This document shows, piece by piece, positions 10,260 through 17,990 of a stretch of 27,843 nucleotides of DNA. The notes below the pieces were generated by a model. That model saw only the letters and a program-made list of their open reading frames with translations, was not told the DNA's origin and searched no databases. The stretch's first letter is position 1. Every line of letters starts with the position of its first letter. The stretch is from an uncultured Clostridia bacterium (lineage in GTDB: Bacteria > Bacillota > Clostridia > Oscillospirales > Oscillospiraceae), in contig CALZAG010000001.1 in the NCBI GenBank assembly GCA_945613045.1, forward strand, positions 1-27,843. The letters are read 5' to 3'. A program made the translations under genes and the position numbers.

Positions 10260-11543
10260 ATGAAACTCAGCCCCGAGCAGCAGGCCATGCTGAACGGCGA
10301 AAAGGGTGAAACCATGGCAAAGGTCGTCAAGACACTCGTCATGTACGGTGAAACCTTCGGCGCAGAGCGTATGGTGCCCATTACCTCAAAGTACGGCCAT
10401 ACGGTCATCAGCTTCGGCCTCAAGGTCATGAAGCCTGTGTATGATCTTTATCAGGAGATCATCGACGCGGGCCTCGCCGCAGACCAGAAGTTCACCGCAG
10501 ACCCCAAGCCTCTGGACAAGAATGTCCCCAGCAGTCTCATCGAAGACCTCGTCTTCAAAAAGTTCATGTACACTTATCAGGATGACTATGAGCAGCAGCT
10601 TCGTGAGCTTGGCATCACAAGCGACGACGACTACACCTGCACCTGCTATCTTGACCAGGTGGGCAACAAGCCCAAAAAGGGCGACATCCTCTCATGGGCG
10701 GAATCGAGCGCCGTCGTTTACGCAAACTCCGTCCTCGGCGCGCGCTGCAACCGCAACTCCGGCATGATAGAGCTCATGGGCTCGCTGGCAGGCTTTGTTC
10801 CCGAGTTCGGCCTGCTGCTGGATGAAAACCGCAAGGCGACCTGGATAGTCGAGGTCAGGTGCACGAAAAAGCCCGACGCCCAGCTTTTGGGCTCGGCCAT
10901 CGGCATGAAGGTCATGGAGGAGGTCCCCTACGTCAAGGGTCTGGACAAATGGCTCGGCACCGAACTGAATGACGAGGCCTGCACCTATCTCAAGGACTTC
11001 GGCGCGGCCACCGCCTCCAACGGCGCGGTCGGCCTATACCACATTGAAAACCTCACCCCCGAGGCCGTCGAGCAGGGCGAGAGCATAATTGCGGAGAACG
11101 CGCAGGTCTACGTCATCGACGACGCCGAGCTCGAGCGCGTCAAGGCCGGCTACCCCGTCATCTGGAAAAACCCCGACGCTGCTCCTCAGCTTTGCTTCGT
11201 CGGCTGCCCTCACATGACCCTGCAGCAGCTTATCGACTGGACAGAGCGCGTGGGCGAAGCTCTCCGCCGCAACGGTCTTAAGAAGGTCACGGTACCCACC
11301 GTGTTCACTGCCTCCACCCCGGTCATCAAGGAGTTTGAGAAAACGCCTTACTCCAAGCAGCTCAAGCGCCAGGGCATCATACTCAGCTACATCTGCCCGC
11401 TGATGTACATGAACAATCCCCTGTGCAAGAGCAAGGCGGTCATCACCTCCTCCAACAAGCTGCGCACCTACACCAGCGCCCGTTACTACACCGAGGCTGA
11501 GATCCTCAGCACCATCACCACAAAGAAGGAGGGCAAGAAATGA
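10260..11543 (+). CDS. Aconitase X catalytic (large) subunit, DUF521, about 427 aa
   Basis: MKLSPEQQAMLNGEKG start, WAESSAVVYANSVLGARCNR, LKDFGAATASNGAVGLYHIENLTPEA, and candidate Fe-S Cys ligands in YTCTCY, VGCPH and YICP. Start set at ATG 10260 after an AAGGA RBS. Confidence 0.9.
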   Translation: MKLSPEQQAMLNGEKGETMAKVVKTLVMYGETFGAERMVPITSKYGHTVISFGLKVMKPVYDLYQEIIDAGLAADQKFTADPKPLDKNVPSSLIEDLVFKKFMYTYQDDYEQQLRELGITSDDDYTCTCYLDQVGNKPKKGDILSWAESSAVVYANSVLGARCNRNSGMIELMGSLAGFVPEFGLLLDENRKATWIVEVRCTKKPDAQLLGSAIGMKVMEEVPYVKGLDKWLGTELNDEACTYLKDFGAATASNGAVGLYHIENLTPEAVEQGESIIAENAQVYVIDDAELERVKAGYPVIWKNPDAAPQLCFVGCPHMTLQQLIDWTERVGEALRRNGLKKVTVPTVFTASTPVIKEFEKTPYSKQLKRQGIILSYICPLMYMNNPLCKSKAVITSSNKLRTYTSARYYTEAEILSTITTKKEGKK

Positions 11544-11980
11544 AAACGTTCAAAGGCCGTGTCGTAGTTCCCGGCACCTGCACCGCGGAAGCCCTCGTTT
11601 CCACCGGCGGCTTCAACACCCTCGCCTCCTATCAGATGGGTATGATGTTCGGAGACAAGCAGATGAAATGCGGCGACCAGAACAACGCCGATATATACAA
11701 AAAGCCCATGATAGGCAAGGCTCTGTGCCTGCCCATGACCATAGGCTCCACCACCGGCGGCATGGTACTGTTCACCGTCTGCGCCCTCGGCAAGCAGCCG
11801 GCGTGTATGCTGTTTTCAAAGCCCATCGACCCGCTGGCGGCCAGCGGCGCGATACTCGGAGACGTATGGACGGACGCCGAAATGCCCGTTGTCGACTCCC
11901 TCGGCGACGAGTTCCTCGAGTATGTCAAGACCGGCGCCACGGTAAGCGTCAAGGCCGACGGCGTAGTCGAAGTCAGCTGA
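11540..11980 (+). CDS. Aconitase X swivel (small) subunit, DUF126, 146 aa
   Basis: FKGRVVVPG...AEALVS, GKALCLP...GSTTGG, IDPLAASGAIL, V-D; ATGA overlap with the large-subunit stop. Confidence 0.88.
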   Translation: MKTFKGRVVVPGTCTAEALVSTGGFNTLASYQMGMMFGDKQMKCGDQNNADIYKKPMIGKALCLPMTIGSTTGGMVLFTVCALGKQPACMLFSKPIDPLAASGAILGDVWTDAEMPVVDSLGDEFLEYVKTGATVSVKADGVVEVS

Positions 11981-11992
11981 GCTTATAAAATG

Positions 11993-12024
11993 AAAAATCC
12001 CGCATCGAAAGATGCGGGATTTTT
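11993..12024. terminator. Bidirectional intrinsic terminator between the convergent acnX and M20 operons
   Basis: AAAAATCCCGCATC-gaaa-GATGCGGGATTTTT, a perfect 14-bp stem. Confidence 0.93.
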
Positions 12025-12029
12025 GCTTT

Positions 12030-13469
12030 TCACTTGCTCATATCTATAAGATTTTTATAGAAATCCACGGCTCCGGGCAGGCAGCTTATCTCGATATTCT
12101 CGTTTAAGCCGTGCATACCCTTCATTTGCTCGGGGCCGTATATCACGGGGCCAAAGCGGATGCAGTTATCGCATATCTCCTGATAGAACTGGCAGTCGGT
12201 TCCGCCGGTCATTACATAGGGGCTGTACGGAAGCCCGGGGAATGTGCGCTCAATGGCCGATACTACCTTGCCCCAGGCCTCGCCGTGGATATCGACGGGC
12301 TCGGTATAGTCCGCCGCCCACAGTATCTCCGTTTCAAGGCCGTACTTTTCCGCGAGCTTCGTGATTATGGCAAGGCTCTCGTCCTTGCCCTGATGCGGGA
12401 TAAAGCGCATATTCGCCCACACCGAGGCCTCCTGCGGCAGCACGTTGGCCGCGTCCGAGCCCGACTGCATCGTAAACGCGACGGTGGTTTTGAGCATGGC
12501 TCCCGCCTGAGCCGACACCATCGGCAGCGCAAGCATCAGCAGCGGCTTGAACAGCCATATGTTCCCGAACAGCAGCTTCATGCCGAAGCCGGCGTAGGGC
12601 GCGAGCGTCTCAAACATGGCCCTGACCTCGGGCAGCAGCTTCTTTTTAAAGGGGCTGCGGGTCTCAACGCGGTTTACAAACTTCGCAAGCCTCGGGATGG
12701 GGGAGTTTTTCGTGGGAGCGCTGGAATGTCCGCCGCTCGAGCGGGCGGTGAATTTCAGATCTCCCTTGCCCTTTTCGAAAACGCCTATCATTGCGAAATT
12801 GCCCTTTATGCCGCCGATGGGCTCATTTATTATGCCGCCGCCCTCGTCGCAGACGAGATGGGGCCTGACGCCGCGGCGCTTTAGCTCCGAAACGAGCTTT
12901 TTGCAGCCGCCGCCGGCAAATTCCTCCGTGCAGGAGGAGGATATATACACGTCCTGTTCGGGCACGAAGCCCTGCGCGAGCAGCTCCTCGGCCGCCTGGA
13001 AAAAGGCCATGACGGTGCATTTCGTGTCCGCCGCTCCCCTGCCCCAGACCTTGCCCTCGGCGATGTCGCCGGAGAAGGGCCCGTGCAGCCACTCGCCCTC
13101 GGCGGGCACCACGTCCTGATGGCTCATGAGCACCATGGGCTTGTCGTGGTTTTTGCCCGGCCAGTAATACAAAAGGTTCCCGTCGATAACGCTGCGCTCA
13201 AGCCTTTCGTGCACCAGCGGAAATAGCTTTTCCAGCACCTTGTGGAAAGCGTAAAACTTTGCGCCCGTCGGGTCGTCGGGGGTAGATACCGTTTCGCACC
13301 TTATCATTTCGGCGAGCTTTTCGGCATATTCCATTGCGCGGGCCTCGTCCGGCCCGGGAACATAGTCCGAGACCTTGCTCGGCGTCAACAGAGTGCGCAC
13401 GACCGCCGTCGCGAGCAGCGAGGCTCCGGCCGAGGCCGCCGCAAGCCCGATATTTTTAGCCTTCATCAT
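12030..13469 (-). CDS. M20/M25/M40 metallo-amidohydrolase (CPS1/PM20D1-like), about 478 aa
   Basis: Metal ligands SHQDVVP, GRGAADTK, EE, DEG and HGLNE; GGHSSAP; GGTD; hydrophobic N-terminus. Start is 13469 or 13466 (AGGAGG RBS favours 13466). Confidence 0.9.
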   Translation of the reverse strand: MMKAKNIGLAAASAGASLLATAVVRTLLTPSKVSDYVPGPDEARAMEYAEKLAEMIRCETVSTPDDPTGAKFYAFHKVLEKLFPLVHERLERSVIDGNLLYYWPGKNHDKPMVLMSHQDVVPAEGEWLHGPFSGDIAEGKVWGRGAADTKCTVMAFFQAAEELLAQGFVPEQDVYISSSCTEEFAGGGCKKLVSELKRRGVRPHLVCDEGGGIINEPIGGIKGNFAMIGVFEKGKGDLKFTARSSGGHSSAPTKNSPIPRLAKFVNRVETRSPFKKKLLPEVRAMFETLAPYAGFGMKLLFGNIWLFKPLLMLALPMVSAQAGAMLKTTVAFTMQSGSDAANVLPQEASVWANMRFIPHQGKDESLAIITKLAEKYGLETEILWAADYTEPVDIHGEAWGKVVSAIERTFPGLPYSPYVMTGGTDCQFYQEICDNCIRFGPVIYGPEQMKGMHGLNENIEISCLPGAVDFYKNLIDMSK

Positions 13470-14136
13470 TTTTCCTCCTGTACAGCAGGAAAGCGATGCC
13501 GATGGCTATCGCGCCGCTGGGGAGTATCATGAAGCTCGTCGAGGAGATGAGACCGGGCACGAAAATGAACAGCAGGCTCATGACCGCCAGCGGAATGAGC
13601 GCTATTTTCAGGTTGTTGCGGAAATACTTGTACGCCATCGCGCCGAACAGCGCCGGCACGACGTTATCGAAGGCCGGCTGCAGCGCGGGGTCCTGAAGTA
13701 CCGGCTGCAGCGGGATAAGCAGCGCGACGCCCACCGCGAGCACGAGTATCGTAACCAGAGAGGCCGTCGCTATCGAGAGCGTCGAGATTATCTCGTTTTC
13801 GGGCGTGCCGGTCTTTGCCCCGACGATATCGCGCGCGTTTACCGCGCAGGGTATCTTCATGTTGATAAGGTTGCCGGTAATAAAGGCGAGGTAGCCGCCG
13901 CCCGCGCCCAGCATGGGCGTGTACACAAGATATTCTGCGATGCAGCTTACAAACCAAACGATGCCTACGGCGAGGAAGGCCTTGCCTGCCGCCGGGAGGT
14001 TGGGCATCGCGCCGAGGTGCATGCCCATGACAAAGGGTGCGCCGAGGAGCAGTACAAGCGTTATTGAGCAGACGGTCCTTCCCAGAACGTGAGTGCGGTT
14101 ATTGTATTTTTCGAAAATTTCGGTTTTCTCGGTCAT
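13456..14136 (-). CDS. Uncharacterised multi-pass membrane protein, 226 aa
   Basis: About six hydrophobic segments, GGGYLAFITGNLINMKIPCA motif; AGGAGG RBS; overlaps the M20 start. Confidence 0.85.
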   Translation of the reverse strand: MTEKTEIFEKYNNRTHVLGRTVCSITLVLLLGAPFVMGMHLGAMPNLPAAGKAFLAVGIVWFVSCIAEYLVYTPMLGAGGGYLAFITGNLINMKIPCAVNARDIVGAKTGTPENEIISTLSIATASLVTILVLAVGVALLIPLQPVLQDPALQPAFDNVVPALFGAMAYKYFRNNLKIALIPLAVMSLLFIFVPGLISSTSFMILPSGAIAIGIAFLLYRRKNDEG

Positions 14137-14148
14137 TTCTGCACCTCC

Positions 14149-14916
14149 TCAGCTTACAAATCCGTTTATGATGACAGCGGTCGCCATGGCGATTATCATG
14201 CTGCCCGCGATGGAAAAGCTCTCGACCCATGCGGCCTTTTTCTTTTCGGCAAGCCATATGAACACGGCCATGACCGCGCCCGAGACAAGGACGACCGCCA
14301 GCGGCAGCCATGAGCCGCCGAAGCCGAGCAGTCCGCCGGAGCCGCCGGAGATGAAGCCTCCGATGTAGCTTCCGATATAGGCGCTTACAAGGCCGATGAA
14401 CATCGCGGTCATCGCCGTGTCGCCGAAGCCGGCCGCGCCGCCTGTTTTGGCACTCTTGGGGCTGCCGAGCCGTTTGAGGTATTTTTTATTGAAGAATATC
14501 GAGAACACCATGCCCCACATGATGCATAAGCTCATCACAAGAGCGATGGTCGTAAATGCCTCGGCCGTCATCTCGGCAGCGCTCAGACCGGAAAGGCCGA
14601 TGGCCTCCGCCGCGCCCTGCGCCACCTGAGTCTCATAGTGCAGCGCGCCTATAACGGAAAGGCGCAGCCACGGAAGCGGAGTTCCCAGGCTGCCCGACAG
14701 GGCGATCACGCCCAGCAGTATGCCAACCGAGGGCAGCACCGCAAAGGTCGCGCTTGCCGTTATCGTTCTTTTCATTTTTGTCCTGTCCATGCCGATGGCA
14801 AGACCCGCCCTGTAAGCGCGTACCATGAAGATCACGCAGACAATCGCAACAAAAAGTACGATCACGCCGCATATCAGGTACATTACGGGGCTGTTGAGCT
14901 GCGATAGTATTGACAA
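14149..14916 (-). CDS. DUF5058-family membrane protein, 255 aa
   Basis: RAYRAGLAIGMD, LPSVGILLGVIAL, PLPWLRLSVIGALHYE recognised as DUF5058-like from memory; TTG start after an AAGGTGA RBS. Confidence 0.75.
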   Translation of the reverse strand: MSILSQLNSPVMYLICGVIVLFVAIVCVIFMVRAYRAGLAIGMDRTKMKRTITASATFAVLPSVGILLGVIALSGSLGTPLPWLRLSVIGALHYETQVAQGAAEAIGLSGLSAAEMTAEAFTTIALVMSLCIMWGMVFSIFFNKKYLKRLGSPKSAKTGGAAGFGDTAMTAMFIGLVSAYIGSYIGGFISGGSGGLLGFGGSWLPLAVVLVSGAVMAVFIWLAEKKKAAWVESFSIAGSMIIAMATAVIINGFVS

Positions 14917-14990
14917 AAGATCACCTTCAATTCAAATATGATACCATCGGCCGACAGCCGGACACATGGTTTTGCCAGACCGATGATAAT

Positions 14991-15019
14991 ATTTTATCAT
15001 TCAATTAACAGGCTGTCCA
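14991..15019 (-). promoter_or_regulatory. Sigma-A promoter of the DUF5058 operon
   Basis: Minus strand TGGACA, 17 nt, extended TGa-TAAAAT (14996-14991). Confidence 0.65.
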
Positions 15020-15052
15020 TATAAACTTAGCGACGCCGCCCAGCGGTGAAAA

Positions 15053-15077
15053 ATCCCCCTGCGCGAGGCAGGGGGAT
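15053..15077 (-). terminator. Intrinsic terminator after the 80-aa ORF
   Basis: ATCCCCCTGC-N5-GCAGGGGGAT followed by TTTT on the minus strand. Confidence 0.85.
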
Positions 15078-15087
15078 GAAAAACGCG

Positions 15088-15330
15088 TCACTCGATCTCG
15101 AGCTTCATGGGCAGCCAGAAGGTGAAGCCGTACAGCATTGTATTTATAAAGCAGCGGGTATCGTCATACCAGACCTTTTTGCCGGCCTTTTTCGCAACGA
15201 TGAAATACTCCGCAAGGTGCAGGCCGTAAAGCGCCAGAGGCATTACCGGATTTTTCTTGATTATCGCGTGGGCAAAGCTTGCCGCGCCAAGCACGAGGCA
15301 GGATTTGCGGGCGGTGCTCCAAACGTTCAT
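15088..15330 (-). CDS. Small membrane protein, 80 aa, function unknown
   Basis: AAGGAG RBS, own promoter and terminator; hydrophobic segments with LHLAEYF and TMLYGFTFWLP. Confidence 0.78.
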   Translation of the reverse strand: MNVWSTARKSCLVLGAASFAHAIIKKNPVMPLALYGLHLAEYFIVAKKAGKKVWYDDTRCFINTMLYGFTFWLPMKLEIE

Positions 15331-15398
15331 TTTGTTTTCTCCTTGATCATAGTTTTTACACTCAGTACTTTCAGGGTGTTTCTTCCCTTTTGGATGGC

Positions 15399-15427
15399 AT
15401 TATATCACATATTTATTCCCGGCACAA
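15399..15427 (-). promoter_or_regulatory. Sigma-A promoter of the 80-aa ORF
   Basis: Minus strand TTGTGC (15427-15422), 17 nt, TGa-TATAAT (15404-15399). Confidence 0.7.
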
Positions 15428-15495
15428 GCCCCGGGTCACACCGCCTGTATCTCGGCGCGATCTGCCGGTCAACGACGGTATACATATAATCTATC

Positions 15496-16842
15496 TCATC
15501 CTATGCCGCCGAGAGCCGCGCCGGCGATCAGAGCGATGAGCGCACAGGCGCAGTAAACATACTTGCTCATTGGGTAGTACCACTTGCCGATGGGCTTGCG
15601 CGCGCCCTCGTTAACACTGTCAAGCACGAACTTTTTGCCCGCGACCCAGAAGAACATTATCGCCGCCAAGAGCGCTCCGAGAGGGCATATATAGATCGAA
15701 ACGACATCCATCCACTGGGATACTATCGCCTGTATGCACAGCGCGACCGCGCAGCCGGCGACGTGTATTACCGCCGTCGCGGGAACGCGGCGGAGACAGA
15801 ACTTCTCCTGAACGAAGGCAACGGGAGCCTCATAGAGGTTTATAATGGAGCTGATGCCCGCAAAGCTCACGCACAGGAAAAACACAATGCCCACTATGCG
15901 TCCGCCGGCCATACCGTTTATGACGTTCACAAGGTAGATGAACATAAGTCCCGGGCCGCCGGAGTCGAGAGACGCACCGCCCGCCGCCATTGCGGGGATG
16001 ATGACGAAAGCCGCCAGCAGCGCCGCAAGAGTGTCGAACAGCGCGACATTGCGTGCGGAGCTGGGGATGCACTCGTTCTTGCTGAGGTAGGAGCCGTAGA
16101 TAACGCTGCCGTTGCCGGCCACGGACAGGGAGAAGAAGGCCTGGCCGAAGGCGTATATCCAAAGCTGGGGCTGCAGAAGTCCCTCGGGCTTGAGCGTCAG
16201 GATGTAGCGATAGCCCTCGGAGGCGCCGGGCAGGAGGAATATGTACACGCCCAGAGCTACGAACAGGAAAAACAGAACGGGCATCATGACCTTATTTGCC
16301 CTTTCAATGCCCCCCGCGATGCCGAAGGACATTATGGCAAAGCTGACGATGATTGCAACAACGATCCAGAGATTTGCACCCCAGCTCGATGCGGTGCTGC
16401 CGAAGGTGCCCCTGATAACGTCCATGTTCTGGCCCATGGCGAACAGATCGCCGCTGAAGGCCATGAAGGTATATTTGAATATCCAGCCCATGACGCAGGT
16501 ATAGCCTATGGCAAGGGCGAGAGAGCCCAGAACGGGGATATAGCCGATGCGCTCGCCGATCTTGCGCTTACCGAAGCGAAGCTCGGTGCACATACCGAAG
16601 GAGCCCATGGGACCCGCTCCGCCCGCACGGCCGAGGGCGTACTCGCCGATAACGCCGGTGGAGCCTATCAGAATGACGAAGATGAAGTACGGGATTAAAA
16701 ATGTCAGGCCGCCCCAGGTGGAGACCAGTATCGGGAATCGCCAGATATTGCCCATACCCACGGCCGAGCCTATGCAGGCGATGATAAATCCTCCGCGGCT
16801 GCGGAAGCCGTCGCGCTTTTGCACCGAGTCGTTGTTTTTCAT
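15496..16842 (-). CDS. NSS/SNF-family sodium-dependent transporter (probably amino acid), about 448 aa
   Basis: Signature GSAVGMGNIWRFP, GIERANKVMMP, AFGQAFFSLSV, GPGLMF. Start set at ATG 16842 (MKNNDS). Confidence 0.94.
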   Translation of the reverse strand: MKNNDSVQKRDGFRSRGGFIIACIGSAVGMGNIWRFPILVSTWGGLTFLIPYFIFVILIGSTGVIGEYALGRAGGAGPMGSFGMCTELRFGKRKIGERIGYIPVLGSLALAIGYTCVMGWIFKYTFMAFSGDLFAMGQNMDVIRGTFGSTASSWGANLWIVVAIIVSFAIMSFGIAGGIERANKVMMPVLFFLFVALGVYIFLLPGASEGYRYILTLKPEGLLQPQLWIYAFGQAFFSLSVAGNGSVIYGSYLSKNECIPSSARNVALFDTLAALLAAFVIIPAMAAGGASLDSGGPGLMFIYLVNVINGMAGGRIVGIVFFLCVSFAGISSIINLYEAPVAFVQEKFCLRRVPATAVIHVAGCAVALCIQAIVSQWMDVVSIYICPLGALLAAIMFFWVAGKKFVLDSVNEGARKPIGKWYYPMSKYVYCACALIALIAGAALGGIG

Positions 16843-16885
16843 ATGTTCGTTACCTTTCGTGCCGAATAATTCACAATTAGTTAAC

Positions 16886-16914
16886 ATTTTAAATGAAATC
16901 CGCGCATATGTCAA
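16886..16914 (-). promoter_or_regulatory. Sigma-A promoter of the SNF transporter
   Basis: Minus strand TTGACA (16914-16909), 17 nt, TAAAAT (16891-16886). Confidence 0.85.
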
Positions 16915-16945
16915 TCACAATCGTAGAATATGGGCGCATATTGAG

Positions 16946-16977
16946 AAAAAACCGTCTGCATCATATGGTGCAGACGG
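16946..16977 (-). terminator. Intrinsic terminator ending the nucleoside ABC operon
   Basis: Minus strand CCGTCTGCACC-atat-GATGCAGACGG-TTTTTT. Confidence 0.9.
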
Positions 16978-16994
16978 CTTTATACATTCGGTTT

Positions 16995-17990
16995 CTATCG
17001 TTCTTCCCGGAAATACGCAAGGCCGAGGCTCGCGGGAGGCTCGTTGCTGCGGCTTTTCTTAAGGGACACGACTATGAGGACGATGATCGTTACCACATAC
17101 GGCAGCATCTTGTACAGCTCCTTCATATACAGGTGGGTGCCCGTGGGGATGAAGAGGTAGAGTATATACAGGCCGCCGAAAAGTATCGAGGCGAGAACGC
17201 TGACGTTGGGTCGCCAGATAGTGAAGATAACGAGCGCTATTGCGAGCCAGCCGCGGTCGCCGAAGGCGTCGTTCGACCACACCCCGCAGGCATAGTCCAT
17301 AACGTAGTACAGGCCGCCGAGACCGGCGATCATGCTGCCCACGCAGGTGGCGACGTATTTATAGCGGTTAACGTTTATACCGGCGGCGTCGGCAGTCGTT
17401 GGGCTCTCGCCGACGGCGCGGAGGTTGAGGCCCACGCGGGTCTTTTTGATGATATAGGCCGAAACAAAGGCTATTATGATCGCGGCATAGGCCAGAAAAC
17501 CGTAATCGAGGAACATCGTGCCGAACCAGCCGAGGTCCTTGGCAAAGGGCAGAGACTTGCTGAAATAGCCGCTGGTCGCGGAAAGCGCGATGGAGGGCAC
17601 CTCGGAGCCCGTGAGCTTTATAAGCGAGCCGCCGAAGAAGTTGCCTATGCCGATACCGAAGGTGGTCAGAGCAAGGCCGGTCACGTTCTGATTTGCTCTA
17701 AGGGTGACGGTAAGGAAGCAGTAGATAAGCCCCATGATGAGCGAGCCGAGCAAACAAGACAGAACGGGGATGGCAACGGCGAGAAAGCCGTTCATATCCG
17801 CGGGAGATGGCACCGACTGCTCATACATGAAAGCCCCAATAACGCCGCAGATACCGCCGACATACATGACGCCGGGGATGCCGAGGTTGAGGTTGCCGGA
17901 TTTTTCGGTTATTATCTCGCCGGTGCTGCCGAAGAGCAGCGGTATGCCCTGCATCACGGCTCTGGGGAAAAAGGAAACAATATCAAACAT
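16995..17990 (-). CDS. BMP-type (nucleoside/sugar) ABC transporter permease 2, 331 aa
   Basis: GEIITEKSGNLNLGIPG, LRANQNVTGLAL, LRAVGESPTTADAAGINV, GWLAIALV. Confidence 0.93.
   Translation of the reverse strand: MFDIVSFFPRAVMQGIPLLFGSTGEIITEKSGNLNLGIPGVMYVGGICGVIGAFMYEQSVPSPADMNGFLAVAIPVLSCLLGSLIMGLIYCFLTVTLRANQNVTGLALTTFGIGIGNFFGGSLIKLTGSEVPSIALSATSGYFSKSLPFAKDLGWFGTMFLDYGFLAYAAIIIAFVSAYIIKKTRVGLNLRAVGESPTTADAAGINVNRYKYVATCVGSMIAGLGGLYYVMDYACGVWSNDAFGDRGWLAIALVIFTIWRPNVSVLASILFGGLYILYLFIPTGTHLYMKELYKMLPYVVTIIVLIVVSLKKSRSNEPPASLGLAYFREER

Noticed and set aside
14945-14985. c-di-GMP-I riboswitch (GGCAAAACC seed)
   Set aside because: Lacks the GNRA-capped stem, the GACGCAAAGC junction and the tetraloop receptor; too short.
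14984-14999. Canonical Fur box
   Set aside because: Half-site spacing is 1 bp longer than the 7-1-7 Fur consensus; reported as an unknown operator instead.
15327-15350. 7-codon minigene MIKEKTK with ATGA overlap onto the 80-aa ORF
   Set aside because: Weak RBS; the frame is largely explained by the downstream gene's own AAGGAG RBS and A-rich spacer.
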